DNA of 27,558 nt, from positions 1-27,558 of IMG/VR virus record IMGVR_UViG_3300019875_000007; one strand, written 5' to 3'. Shown one piece after another: positions 13,923 through 23,643 of the stretch. A program made the translations under genes and the position numbers. The notes under the pieces are model-generated. The model ran no database searches and was not told the origin of the DNA. It was given only the letters and a program-made list of their open reading frames with translations. This DNA is from a virus (taxonomy: Duplodnaviria > Caudoviricetes). Numbering within the stretch: the stretch's first letter is position 1; the number at the start of each line of letters is the position of its first letter.

Positions 13923-15248
13923 CTAGACGTTGAGGACCGTGCGGCGGTCGTGGAAGGTGAGGGTGCCGTCACCGGCGATGAAGAGCCGTCCGCGCTCGGT
14001 GTCGCGGCACTCGTACATGGCGTCGGCGATGGTCTTGCCGGACAGCAGCGCCCGCGACATCACCGAGCAGCCGTCGTCGATGCCGGCCAGTTGCCCCAGC
14101 GCCAACCCGGCGTAAGTGGCGATGGTCCGCACCCGTGCCCCGGTGGTTTGCCGCTCCAGGCCGGCCAGACCCATCTGGTACTGGGCGGCGTGGATGGTCT
14201 GGCTCCAGGTGCCCGCGGCACCGCCGTAGACCTGCACGTGGCCGTACGCCGTGGTGGCACCGGTGGCCTGAAGGATGGTGGTGTCGAACGCGCCCGTTGC
14301 CGTACCAGCACCGAGCGTGCCGGACACGTAGATGGCGTCCACGTAAAGGTCGACCGCGCCGGTGGTGTTGTTGATCCGGACGCTTGCCATCTGCCAGCGG
14401 TCAGGTGTGGCCACCGCGGTACTGACAACAGTGGTGGACCCACCGGGAGTGACCACGGCCACCTGCCACTGGGTGGTGGTGGCCGTGAACGTCACCGAGG
14501 TGGTCAGCGCATCGTTGCGGACAATCAGCGTCGAGCTGACCGCACCGGTGCCGCGCATCCAGAACGCCACCGTGACTTCGGCGAACGAGGCGAAGTTGAC
14601 GAATGTTGACGTGGTCCCGGTCAGCGTGACCGCACCGCCCAGCGACGAAGGGGACAGGGTCAGGAAGCTGGTGTCCTCGCCGGCCGGTCCGGCGACCTGG
14701 GACAACGCCAGCAGGCTCGCCGGTGCGGCACCGGTGCGGGACACGCTCAGAGGGCCGGCCACGCCGATGGAGCCGATCTGGGTGGAGCCCGACGGGTCGT
14801 TGCACGGCCAGTAGCCGAGCAGCTTGGTCGAGCCGACGTACACGATCTGTGCGCCGAGCGTCGACACGAACGTCTGCGAGCGCTCCCAGCGGGAGAGCTG
14901 GTCCACTGACAGCACGGTGATCTGCTGGTCGCGGACCGGAAACGCGAGGTCGGTGATCTCCGGGAACTCGATCGTGCCGTTGTGCAACTGGAACGTGAAC
15001 GGCCCGATGGTCTCGATCAGCCGGATCGGCAGGCCGGTCTGCAGCGCCATCGTCGAGAGCGGGTTACCAGGGGAGTACTTGTGGTTAAGGTTGTTCAGCG
15101 TGATCGCCATGTGACCGGGCTGATCGGAGGTCTCGGCCGTGTCGCCGATACCGGCGTTGATCGGACCCTTGACCGTGTCCACGTCGGCGGTCACGTCGAT
15201 GAACCCGGTGCCGTAGTCGATCTGGATGTGCCAGTTCTCGTATGCCAT
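13923..15248 (-). CDS. Tail tip protein with LamG/concanavalin-like insertion
   Basis: First gene after the tape measure; ITLNN....SPGNP.S; GYWPCND...TVAFW...WQMASV...LYVD; ends ERGRLFIAGDGTLTFHDRR. Confidence 0.8.
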   Translation of the reverse strand: MAYENWHIQIDYGTGFIDVTADVDTVKGPINAGIGDTAETSDQPGHMAITLNNLNHKYSPGNPLSTMALQTGLPIRLIETIGPFTFQLHNGTIEFPEITDLAFPVRDQQITVLSVDQLSRWERSQTFVSTLGAQIVYVGSTKLLGYWPCNDPSGSTQIGSIGVAGPLSVSRTGAAPASLLALSQVAGPAGEDTSFLTLSPSSLGGAVTLTGTTSTFVNFASFAEVTVAFWMRGTGAVSSTLIVRNDALTTSVTFTATTTQWQVAVVTPGGSTTVVSTAVATPDRWQMASVRINNTTGAVDLYVDAIYVSGTLGAGTATGAFDTTILQATGATTAYGHVQVYGGAAGTWSQTIHAAQYQMGLAGLERQTTGARVRTIATYAGLALGQLAGIDDGCSVMSRALLSGKTIADAMYECRDTERGRLFIAGDGTLTFHDRRTVLNV

Positions 15249-17141
15249 CTAAAAGCCCAGCGAGGCGAGCTGTCGCTGACGCTTGAGGGCCAGCAGCTTG
15301 TCCTGCAGCACCTCGCCAGACTCGGACTGGACGATGACGCGGACGACGCCGATGTCGCCGCCGCCGCTGTTGGCCATCGCCATCGACTGCGAGTTGGACG
15401 CGATCTGGTCGCCCGCCCGTAGTTTGCGCAACTCCGGGCCGTTTTCACCGACCCACGCCCAGCCGGGCGGAGCTGACGAGGTACCGGACGCGAACGAGGC
15501 GATCCGACCGACGTTGCCGACCACCGATGGCACCGAGCCGGTCGTGGCGATGTGGAACGTGATCGTCTTGTTGATGTTCGGGGCGGCCTGCAGGTGCCGG
15601 TAGGAGCCGAGCAGCGCATCGATCTGGGACTTACTGAACCCGAGGTGGCTGGCGAGCGAGATCAGCGCGCCGACCTGCTGATTGAACTTGGCCGTAGCGG
15701 CCGACGTGGCCTCCCGCGACGTGCTGGCCGCCTGCCGTTGCCGGTCGTAGTCCTGCACCAGGCCGAGCAGCATGCCCCGGTTGGTCTGGCCCGCCTGCGT
15801 GTTCATGCTCAAGCTCTTGCTACCGCCGTCGACGGCCTGCTTGAACGCCAACATGTCGCGCGCTGTGGCCAAGTTGGCCTGGTCCACCGACATCTGCGCG
15901 TTGAACGCCCCGTCAAGAGTGCGCTTGAGCGCCTCCAGGGCGTCGGACTCGGCCTTCGCCGCCAGCGCGGCCGCGGCCATCGACATCTTGAGTTGACCCG
16001 CAGCGCCGAAATTCTTCTCCGTCGCCGCAGCATTGCGCTGCGCCGCAGCGGTTGCCTCGTCCATGCGGCCCGGGATCGGAGCCCACGCAGCGGCCATCTT
16101 CGGGCCGGTGCCGGTGATCTGCTCCATGGCGTCGTTGACGACGCCACCAAGGACCTGGATGGGGGCGCCCAGCAGCGGGATGTCCTCCAGTGCGCCGGCG
16201 AACTCGCCCAAACTCGTGGCACCGAAGTGGAACACGTCGCCGAGATAGGCGACCGATTTGCCGATCGCCGTAAGGCTGCCCTCGGTCGCGATCAGGATTA
16301 CCCGCAGGCCGTCCATCGCGCCCTTGGACTCGGCGATGTCCCCGACCATGTCGCCGAACGCTTTGCCGATAGCGGGCAGTTCCTGGCCGATCAGTTCCAG
16401 CGCCGGACCGGCGGCGTCGAGGGCACGGTTGAGGCCCGGCATCGCCTGCGTTGCCAGGCCGCCGATACCCCGGGCCAGGTCGTCGACGAACGGGGCAACC
16501 TTGGCAAAGGAATCCTCGAGATGCAGGTCCCGGAGGGCCCGCTCCAGCGTGCCCAGGGCCTGGATCGTCGGCTGGACGAACAGGTCCCCGGTCGCCGCGA
16601 ACTCGCGGCTGATCTCCTTGCCGAAGACCGACGCTGCGGCCTTGACCCTCGGGTCCTGCGCCGCGGCCGCGATGCCGCCCGCGATACCGCCTGCGCCGAC
16701 AGCCCCGACCACCGCACCGGCGATGGCCGCACCGACCACCGGCGCCAGGGCCACCGCCGACCCGACCGCGATGGGGATCAGCGCCCCACGAAGCCCTGTG
16801 CCCAACTCGCCCATCGACGACAGGAAGCCCTGGCTGAACTGCTGGCCGGCCTCCTGGCCGGCGGGGGCCAGCGCTTTGGCGACGCCCTCCATGTCCTTGA
16901 GTTCGCGCTTGGCCTTCTTCAGGTCCCCGAGCAGGCCAGAGTTGTCGCCCGACGAGGTGGCAAACGCGACGTTGAGGTCATGTACGCGGGTGCGCGCGGC
17001 CTCAACGTCGTTGTTGAACTCTTTCAGCGACCGGTTGGTGCCGTCGGTCCGGTCGGCGAGGCGGTCCATCTGGTTGGCTGCGTCGATCAGGCCGCGGCCC
17101 TTGGCCTCGGTCAGGACGTCAAGAACGATGTCGCGGGCCAC
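15249..17141 (-). CDS. Tape measure protein
   Basis: 630-aa Ala/Gly helical protein after the chaperones; C-terminal FASGT...WVGENGPEL. Confidence 0.9.
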   Translation of the reverse strand: MARDIVLDVLTEAKGRGLIDAANQMDRLADRTDGTNRSLKEFNNDVEAARTRVHDLNVAFATSSGDNSGLLGDLKKAKRELKDMEGVAKALAPAGQEAGQQFSQGFLSSMGELGTGLRGALIPIAVGSAVALAPVVGAAIAGAVVGAVGAGGIAGGIAAAAQDPRVKAAASVFGKEISREFAATGDLFVQPTIQALGTLERALRDLHLEDSFAKVAPFVDDLARGIGGLATQAMPGLNRALDAAGPALELIGQELPAIGKAFGDMVGDIAESKGAMDGLRVILIATEGSLTAIGKSVAYLGDVFHFGATSLGEFAGALEDIPLLGAPIQVLGGVVNDAMEQITGTGPKMAAAWAPIPGRMDEATAAAQRNAAATEKNFGAAGQLKMSMAAAALAAKAESDALEALKRTLDGAFNAQMSVDQANLATARDMLAFKQAVDGGSKSLSMNTQAGQTNRGMLLGLVQDYDRQRQAASTSREATSAATAKFNQQVGALISLASHLGFSKSQIDALLGSYRHLQAAPNINKTITFHIATTGSVPSVVGNVGRIASFASGTSSAPPGWAWVGENGPELRKLRAGDQIASNSQSMAMANSGGGDIGVVRVIVQSESGEVLQDKLLALKRQRQLASLGF

Positions 17142-17333
17142 CTAGTCACCCCCGAAACCGTGTCTGGCGCGCCAGGCGGCGGCGATGTCGCGGTAGGTGA
17201 CCCAGTCGACGTACTCCATGTCGTCTTCGATCTCGGCGACGGTCAGGGTGGGCACGGCAGCCCGCATGAACGGGATCCAGAACCGGATCAGCTCGGCGTG
17301 GGTGAGTCCTCCACCGCCGGCTCGTCTTTTCCC
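17142..17333 (-). CDS. Tail assembly chaperone T extension, read by -1 frameshift
   Basis: Slippery G GGA AAA at 17327-17333. The -1 frame reads KRRAGGGGLTHAELIRFWIPFMRAAVPTLTVAEIEDDMEYVDWVTYRDIAAAWRARHGFGGD*, stopping immediately before the tape measure GTG. Confidence 0.82.
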   Translation of the reverse strand, partial: GKRRAGGGGLTHAELIRFWIPFMRAAVPTLTVAEIEDDMEYVDWVTYRDIAAAWRARHGFGGD

Positions 17334-17707
17334 GACTCGGGCTCCCCGTCGGGCTCGGGCTCGTGGTCGGGGCGGATGACAAGCCCGTTACGGTCGTACT
17401 CGAAGTCCGACCAGGACACGTCAATGCCAGCCCGCCGCAGGCCCAGCCAGATGACCACGTCGAGGGTCGCGGCGGTCGGACGGCGGTAGGGCTCCCCGGT
17501 CTCGTCGTCGATCTGCGGGACGCCGCCGATCTCAACGATCTCGCCGACGCAGGCCTCGATCCACTGCTCGGGCGACAGCCCCGGACCGTCGGGCTCGGGC
17601 CGCTCGACCAGGCGCGCCTCGCGATTGGTGAAACGGCTGTTCTCCCAGTAGATCTCTGCGTCGATGCCGAGAGTCTTGCGGTCCGTATCGGACAGGAGGA
17701 TGTACAT
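17288..17707 (-). CDS. Tail assembly chaperone G
   Basis: Acidic 139-aa ORF containing the slippery site at ...ESGK. Confidence 0.82.
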   Translation of the reverse strand: MYILLSDTDRKTLGIDAEIYWENSRFTNREARLVERPEPDGPGLSPEQWIEACVGEIVEIGGVPQIDDETGEPYRRPTAATLDVVIWLGLRRAGIDVSWSDFEYDRNGLVIRPDHEPEPDGEPESGKDEPAVEDSPTPS

Positions 17708-18151
17708 CTAGCCCCTCTCGACGCGGTCCCGGACGCCCTCGGCCACGTTCTCGAGTTCGCGGTAGATGTCCTCGGCGGAAGCCCTGACCGGGTCGGTGAC
17801 GAAGCCCGGCCGGATCGCCTGGTCGTACCAGTGGTTGCGGTCGCCGAAGAGCTTGTGCCGCAGGCTGCCCAGGTTGCGGGCGTTGACGTCGCGCTGGGAC
17901 TTGATGCCCATCGCCCGGATGGTCAGCCGGATGCCGGTGGCCGACCGGATGCTGATCGCGACCCTCAGCGCTCCGGCGAGAACGGCGGCGTAGCGGTGCG
18001 GCATGCGGCGCGGGATCTCGGCCCGGATGGCCTGCTCCAATGGGCGGATGGCCTTACGGCTGCCGGCCGTGACCTTGCCCTGCAGGCTGCGGTTCTCGGC
18101 GCGGAGTATCTTGGCCACCCGCCGCAGCTCGGCTGCACCGGTGATCTCCAT
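17708..18151 (-). CDS. Neck/tail-completion protein (HK97 gp10-like)
   Basis: MEITGAAELRRV..., basic, LRHKLFG.R..WY.Q...PGF. Confidence 0.65.
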   Translation of the reverse strand: MEITGAAELRRVAKILRAENRSLQGKVTAGSRKAIRPLEQAIRAEIPRRMPHRYAAVLAGALRVAISIRSATGIRLTIRAMGIKSQRDVNARNLGSLRHKLFGDRNHWYDQAIRPGFVTDPVRASAEDIYRELENVAEGVRDRVERG

Positions 18152-18153
18152 GA

Positions 18154-19215
18154 TCAGAAAGCGACGTCGAGATTTTCTGCCATGACCTGGATTGCCGGAA
18201 GTGTCCCTGCCGGGTCGCCGAAGGCGGTGAGCGTGGTCTTGTTATCCGCACCCTCGGGGCCGGTCACGTTCAGACCACTCGGCGAGATCTTCGCGTTCGG
18301 GAAGATGACGGAGAGCTTGCCGAACTGCGCCGCGCCCGCGTCCACCTTGCCGACCCACGACAACTCCAGCGCCACCGTGGTGTACGCGGCGTAGATGTCA
18401 TAGATCTGCGTGCGGTCCTGGAACTCGATGTCCAGGTCAGCGGTGAACTGCTGGAAGCCGGCCGCGAGCAGCTGGTTCGACTTGATCCCAGCGCCGCCAG
18501 AGAAGAACCCATCGGTACGCAACGGCATCGTGCCCTTGACGCTGACCCCGCGACAACCCTTGATCTCCACGCCGGACGCCACCGACACCACCGACGACGC
18601 GACCGAAGGCGTGCCGCCGATCTTCGCGCTGAAGCAGTTGAACCTCAGCAACTCGTTGATGGTGGCTGCCACGCCGCCGGTGTAGGTCGCGGCGGCGAGG
18701 CCGGTCGCCACCGACTCACTCCACGCGTCGTAGGAGAACCGCAGCTTGAGCATGTCGTTGCGGGCCTGGTTCAGCTCCCACTGCGTGATCTTCGCGCCGG
18801 CGTCGGTGAACGCCCGCACGGTACCGGTCTGGGTGGTCTCCGGGATGCCGAACTGGATCGTCTGCGACAGGGCGCCCGGGTCGCCGTTCCAGAACGCGGA
18901 CCGGTAGAACGCACCGGAGATCAGCACCGGAGCGGCCAGCGAGGCGCCGATCATCTGCTTGTAGATGAGGTCCAGGCCCCGCGTGCCGACGTTGAGCTCA
19001 ACGTCGCGGGACACCTGCGAGCCGACGGTGGCGGTGCGGTCAATTGTCGGCATCAGGAAGCAGCCGCCGAGACCCTCGTCGGTGACGGTGATGAGCTGCA
19101 GACCGTCGCCGCCGATGGAGACGTGACGGTTAAAATGGTCAACTGTGACCGGCGTGCCCACCGTGGTTTCGTTCTTGAAACCGAATTGTGAACATAGCCC
19201 GGAACCTACGCCCAT
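18154..19215 (-). CDS. Major tail (tube) protein
   Basis: GSGLCSQFGFKNETTVGTPVT N-terminus; 353 aa; position before the chaperones. Confidence 0.8.
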   Translation of the reverse strand: MGVGSGLCSQFGFKNETTVGTPVTVDHFNRHVSIGGDGLQLITVTDEGLGGCFLMPTIDRTATVGSQVSRDVELNVGTRGLDLIYKQMIGASLAAPVLISGAFYRSAFWNGDPGALSQTIQFGIPETTQTGTVRAFTDAGAKITQWELNQARNDMLKLRFSYDAWSESVATGLAAATYTGGVAATINELLRFNCFSAKIGGTPSVASSVVSVASGVEIKGCRGVSVKGTMPLRTDGFFSGGAGIKSNQLLAAGFQQFTADLDIEFQDRTQIYDIYAAYTTVALELSWVGKVDAGAAQFGKLSVIFPNAKISPSGLNVTGPEGADNKTTLTAFGDPAGTLPAIQVMAENLDVAF

Positions 19216-19221
19216 GATCCA

Positions 19222-19521
19222 CTACTCCTTGGGTTCCATAGCCACGACAGCTGCCACTTCGCCCTCCGTGGGCGCCCTCTTGACCGGCTTCTTGGCTCCG
19301 GCATCAATGGTCCAGAGCGTCCGGGGGAACACGCGCTCCTCGGGCGGATTGAGCACCTCGAGCACGAAGTGATCCGCCTCGGCGTCATCGGCCAGCACCT
19401 TGCCGACCACGTCGACCACCTGATCGGGCTCGACCATCAGCGGCATGCCGACGGCCTGGCCGAGCAGCGGCACCACCACCGAGTAGGGGCCGATAAAACG
19501 CAGACGAACGATGTCGGGCAT
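19222..19521 (-). CDS. Hypothetical structural-region protein
   Basis: RBS GGAGG; VRLRFIG N-terminus. Confidence 0.65.
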   Translation of the reverse strand: MPDIVRLRFIGPYSVVVPLLGQAVGMPLMVEPDQVVDVVGKVLADDAEADHFVLEVLNPPEERVFPRTLWTIDAGAKKPVKRAPTEGEVAAVVAMEPKE

Positions 19522-19529
19522 CGGCCCTC

Positions 19530-20015
19530 CTAGATCCGGGTACGGACGTGAGCGGTAAACAGGACTGTGCAGTCACTTCCACTGGGGCCGTGCCGCTGGC
19601 GCACCGCCGCGACCTGCGGAATGCACCACATGACCTGCGGAACGGACAGCGTCGTGCCGCGCACCACGGCGGCCGCGGCCTCATAGATGTCGAAGGCGGT
19701 GTGGCGGCAGGCGCGCATGTCGTTATTGCCATCGCGGGTGGAGATCCCACACGGAATCTCATAGGTCTCGTCGACCTCGGCGGCGGTGCCACTCACGCCG
19801 AGGGTGGCCCAGTCCCACTCGACGGTCGTCACAGACTCGTCCTCGACGACCGGCTGCGCGCCGACGGTGAGAATCGATGAGCCCGAGAAGTCGGTCGTGC
19901 CCGGACCGTCGAAGATCTTCAACGTCTGCGCGGTGACCATCGCGGCGAGGGTGGCGTCGACGACGAACTTGTCGTACAGCGCGTCAAGTGCGTCGGAGAT
20001 GACGGTGAGGCTCAC
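19530..20015 (-). CDS. Tail terminator-like protein
   Basis: KIFDGP, VDETYEIPC.I; position before the tail tube. Confidence 0.65.
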   Translation of the reverse strand: MSLTVISDALDALYDKFVVDATLAAMVTAQTLKIFDGPGTTDFSGSSILTVGAQPVVEDESVTTVEWDWATLGVSGTAAEVDETYEIPCGISTRDGNNDMRACRHTAFDIYEAAAAVVRGTTLSVPQVMWCIPQVAAVRQRHGPSGSDCTVLFTAHVRTRI

Positions 20016-20536
20016 GCGATCAGCACCTGACGGTCCGGCTCGAGCATCTCGGCGGCGCGACGCGGAACCATGAAGCCCATCGGCGTCGGCACGAGATCGT
20101 CACTGGGATAGCCGCGACCGGCCGAGCCGTTCTGGATCAGCCACAGGTGGCGGAAGACCTCAAGGCCGGCGATCTTATGCCGGTTCAGGATCGCCGAGAG
20201 GCCGGCGGTGTAGACCACCGTGTAGAGCCCGCACAGCCACGATCGGACGCGGACCAGGTTGGCTGTCGAATCCACCAGGTACGTAGACACGTCCAGCGCG
20301 GTGCCCTGGTCCGGGGTTATCGACGTGACCGACACCAGCGGCACCTTGAGCAGCGGAATCGCCCAGCCCTCAACGGTGTGCATCTCGGTGAACGCCGTCA
20401 CCGACAGCGGACCGCCGATCGCGTACTCCACCCACTCGCTGGCTGCGGTGAGCACCATCGTCTGTTCGGTGTCATCGGCCGTGCCGGTGTAGTTGATCCA
20501 CGATTTGGCCTCGGCCAGCGTCGCGCAGAGCGTCAC
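20012..20536 (-). CDS. Head-to-tail adaptor
   Basis: ATLAEAKSWIN...DD.E...L.AAS..VE, PLVSVTSI, VVYTAG; RBS AGGAGG before GTG 20536. Confidence 0.78.
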   Translation of the reverse strand: MTLCATLAEAKSWINYTGTADDTEQTMVLTAASEWVEYAIGGPLSVTAFTEMHTVEGWAIPLLKVPLVSVTSITPDQGTALDVSTYLVDSTANLVRVRSWLCGLYTVVYTAGLSAILNRHKIAGLEVFRHLWLIQNGSAGRGYPSDDLVPTPMGFMVPRRAAEMLEPDRQVLIA

Positions 20537-20560
20537 GATCCACCTCCTGCGGGCATGCAT

Positions 20561-20596
20561 CCGGCCGGTCCCGACGGGGAGGTAGGGACCAGCCGG
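20561..20596 (-). terminator. Hairpin after the head genes (possible terminator or processing site)
   Basis: CCGGCCGGTCCC ... GGGACCAGCCGG; no U-tract. Confidence 0.45.
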
Positions 20597-20611
20597 AGCG
20601 CTATCGGTGGA

Positions 20612-21166
20612 TCAGGTGAGGTAGATGTACGGGATCACGAACGCGCTGGTGGGCGTGGCCACCGTGGCGGGCGCGACACCGGCCACCGCCGAGCCGTGAG
20701 TCTGCGAGCATGCCCGGCCCGCAGCGGCCAGAGCCGCGTTGAGCATCGAGACGCCCCGCAGGGTCGGCACCGTGGTGGCGGTGAAGCTGATGCCCACCCG
20801 GTAGAGGCCAGCCGCCGGCGTGGTGTACGCCGTGGCCAGGGTGCCCGCGTATGCCGTGTTGGCCGCCCGCGCAGTCGACGCGAAGTCGGCCGTCTGCGCG
20901 AGCTTGTTGCCCGCGCTGTCGCGCAGCACCGCGTATCCCGCCGTCGGCGTACCGGCCGCCGTGCCGCCGGTGACGAAGTTCAGCGCGGTGATCGTGACGC
21001 CCGCGTCGATGTACATGTCGGCCACCAGCTCGACGCCGGTCACCGCAATCGCACAATCGACGCTGCCCAGAAGTTTCGGCACCGACTCGCCATAGACGGC
21101 CGGTGAGCCGAAACGCAGCCAGTCCGGATTACTCCGGGGGAACGCCTCGGTGTTGGTGTTGGCCAT
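20612..21166 (-). CDS. Probable capsid-associated (decoration-like) protein
   Basis: Ala/Thr-rich beta protein just downstream of the capsid; function inferred from position only. Confidence 0.55.
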   Translation of the reverse strand: MANTNTEAFPRSNPDWLRFGSPAVYGESVPKLLGSVDCAIAVTGVELVADMYIDAGVTITALNFVTGGTAAGTPTAGYAVLRDSAGNKLAQTADFASTARAANTAYAGTLATAYTTPAAGLYRVGISFTATTVPTLRGVSMLNAALAAAGRACSQTHGSAVAGVAPATVATPTSAFVIPYIYLT

Positions 21167-21420
21167 CAGGCACCGACCTTCTTGGGTGCGGTCTTCTTCA
21201 CCGGGGCCGCCTTCGCGACGGCATCGGCGAACTCCGGCGGCACCTCGTAGGGCGTCAGGTCCTTCTCGTCCACGCCGAGCTCGTCGACGAGGATCGCGTC
21301 GACCTCGGCGAGACGGCGGAACTTGGCCTCACGCTTGATGCTGTTGAGCAGTGCGCCGCGTTCGTTGAGGAGCGCCGCTCGGCGTACCTCGGGAGTGGAA
21401 ACCCAATCCATTGTCATCAC
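21166..21420 (-). CDS. Hypothetical protein after the capsid gene
   Basis: 84-aa ORF coupled to both neighbours; Lys/Ala/Pro tail. Confidence 0.65.
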   Translation of the reverse strand: MMTMDWVSTPEVRRAALLNERGALLNSIKREAKFRRLAEVDAILVDELGVDEKDLTPYEVPPEFADAVAKAAPVKKTAPKKVGA

Positions 21421-21422
21421 TC

Positions 21423-22862
21423 CTAGTAACCCGCGGTCGGGATGACGCCAGTACCGGAGATGACCGAGATGGCCTCCGGACGACGGTTGCCCATGAAGGC
21501 GAAGTACTCGAACACCTGGATGCGGACCTGGAGCGTTCCGGACAAAACTTCCTGCAGCACGCGGGTACGAACCGGGCCCTCCCAGAGGTACAGGTCCGAC
21601 CAGCGCGCCGAGATGATCCGGGTCTCGTTGGTGCCGCCACCCAGGTTCGACGGAATATTTCCGTCGGTGAACGCAGGCATGCCGTAGGCGAACGTGCCCG
21701 CGGAGCCCTCCGACGCCAGACCGGACTGCACCGCGGCCGGGTTGTACGCCGGGGCGTTCTGCACGATCAGCGGACGGTTCGTGGTGTCAAGCTGACCGGT
21801 CGCCCAGTACCACATGGACGGGATCATCACGACTGCCGTGCCCGGCAGCTTGCGGTTCTTCTCGATCAGCGACGCCGACTGCACCAACGGAACGTAGATC
21901 TCTGGCAGCGTCGGCGACGCGTCGGTGTAGGTGACCGCGTTGATGCTGGCCACGTTGAGAATACCGGTGACCTGGCCGGCCGCACCCGAACCGTTGATGA
22001 CCTGCACGTCTAGCGCGCGATTCAGATCCATGATCAGGTCGCCATAGATCACGTCGTCGAAGTTGATCGGCGACTGGTCGAGCAGCTGCAGGGCAATGTC
22101 CTGCTGACCGGCGATCGTCTTGACCGCCGCCGACACCGAGGTGTCCGTCAGGTCGACCGAGCTGACCGCGGCGGCCGTACCGGTGGCCACCTTCGGCATG
22201 TTGATGCTGTCGGTGCCGGGGGGCAGGTCGAAGTGGGCGCACAGGTTGGCCGTGGTCCGGCCGAACCGGGGCAGGTCGATATACTGGTCGACCATCCAGA
22301 GTGGAGGGACGAAGAACCCACCCTGGCCATCAGTCCTATTAGGATTGACGCGGGACTCCATGGGCCGCTCGAAGACGGTCCCGTCTGGCATGCCCCGCAT
22401 CTCCGTCTCGGCCCGGCGCGCCCGGGCGGCCTCGCGCTTGGGCAGGTCCGTCCGAAGCTCCTCGGCGTGACGTGACAGCCGCGAACGGGCCGCCTCGACG
22501 CCGCCGTCGGCGTCGCCCTGGTTGAGTTGCACCCGGGCGAGGTCGAGGAAGTAGGAGTGACCCGAGCCGCGGCCATAGATCTGCGGCGCGGAGGTGACAG
22601 TGGCGCCGCCGGCCGGCCGGGCACGGTTCTCGGCGCCGTCGCCGGTGACCGCGGTGCCGCTGTCAACCTGCTCGTCGGCGAGAGTGGCCAGGGTGGCGCG
22701 GCGCGCCTCGTCCCGGGCCACAGCCGTCTGCACGGTGCCGCGCTCCTCCTCGAGAGCGTCCCAGCGGGACTGCTGCTCCTCGGTCAGGGTCGCGTCGCCG
22801 GCTGCGGCGTTGATGCTGCGAAGCTCGGTTTCGATCTCACCGAGCCGTACACGTGGGTTCAC
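21423..22862 (-). CDS. Major capsid protein (HK97 fold with N-terminal delta domain)
   Basis: RBS GAGGAG before GTG 22862; coiled N-terminus, GGFFVPP, INGSG....TGIL, DTTNRPL, RRPEAISVI. Confidence 0.92.
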   Translation of the reverse strand: MNPRVRLGEIETELRSINAAAGDATLTEEQQSRWDALEEERGTVQTAVARDEARRATLATLADEQVDSGTAVTGDGAENRARPAGGATVTSAPQIYGRGSGHSYFLDLARVQLNQGDADGGVEAARSRLSRHAEELRTDLPKREAARARRAETEMRGMPDGTVFERPMESRVNPNRTDGQGGFFVPPLWMVDQYIDLPRFGRTTANLCAHFDLPPGTDSINMPKVATGTAAAVSSVDLTDTSVSAAVKTIAGQQDIALQLLDQSPINFDDVIYGDLIMDLNRALDVQVINGSGAAGQVTGILNVASINAVTYTDASPTLPEIYVPLVQSASLIEKNRKLPGTAVVMIPSMWYWATGQLDTTNRPLIVQNAPAYNPAAVQSGLASEGSAGTFAYGMPAFTDGNIPSNLGGGTNETRIISARWSDLYLWEGPVRTRVLQEVLSGTLQVRIQVFEYFAFMGNRRPEAISVISGTGVIPTAGY

Positions 22863-23583
22863 GTTGGGGCTCCTCAAAGGATGCGAGATAGAGCCGGCGT
22901 TCTCGCACGGCTCTGGACAATCCCGAGGTGCCTCGTGGTTCAGCGGGCTCGGCGGCTTCCGGCGGGGTGCCCTCCAGGGCGGGCCCGTGGTCGCACAGGT
23001 GCTCCGCAAGCTCCTGGATCAGGCGCTCGCGGTCTTCAGTTTCCAGAAACGCCAACATCGACCGGACGCCGACACTGGTGGCCTCATACACGGGGTGCAC
23101 AACCGGGCCGCACTCCCACAGTTCGACCTCGCGCACACTGCGCAGGTCGACGTCGGTGCCCCGGCGTGCCCAGTGGTCGTCGTTGACCCGCATCTTGAAG
23201 CTCATGCCACGGATCGCGCCGCCCTCGATGGCCTGACGGATCGGCTCGACGACGGCGTTGTCGAACAACTTGGCGCGCACATACAGGCCGTGATCGTCGG
23301 CCTTGATCTCGTCGAACGCACCGATGGGCACGGTGCCCGTGCGCGGGTCCATGCCGTGGTCGAACTGCAGGACCGGCTGACGTCCGCGCAGGGTGCGGTT
23401 GAACGCGCCCCGCTCGATGACCTCGTCGAACTCTGGGTCACGGCCCATGGCGGGCACACGAGCCACCGAGCCGAACACGGCGGCGTAGCCCTCCAGCGTG
23501 TGACCGTCGGAGGTCGCCGCGTCGAAGGTGTAGGCGCGGTAGCACATGCGCGCGGGCTTGGTTGAGCTGCTGCCCTCGGACAT
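22837..23583 (-). CDS. HK97-family prohead protease
   Basis: LEGYAAVF, EVIERGAF, FDHG, GLYV, GMSF, V.LWE..PV..PVY..T. Confidence 0.92.
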   Translation of the reverse strand: MSEGSSSTKPARMCYRAYTFDAATSDGHTLEGYAAVFGSVARVPAMGRDPEFDEVIERGAFNRTLRGRQPVLQFDHGMDPRTGTVPIGAFDEIKADDHGLYVRAKLFDNAVVEPIRQAIEGGAIRGMSFKMRVNDDHWARRGTDVDLRSVREVELWECGPVVHPVYEATSVGVRSMLAFLETEDRERLIQELAEHLCDHGPALEGTPPEAAEPAEPRGTSGLSRAVRERRLYLASFEEPQREPTCTAR

Positions 23584-23643
23584 GCTCACCTCCGGACACG
23601 ACGAATGGCCCGCAAGGTTGCGGGCTGGGATGAGAAGGGGGAC

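Noticed and set aside
15552-17489. Long plus-strand ORFs (645 aa here, also 8629-9681, 25480-26649 and others)
   Set aside because: Antisense shadows of high-GC genes with no motifs or RBS.
17146-17535. 129-aa ORF-track entry as the tail chaperone T frame
   Set aside because: It is in the +1 frame and Arg/Pro-rich. The -1 frame from GGGAAAA gives a better protein ending at 17142. The frameshift itself is well known, not novel.
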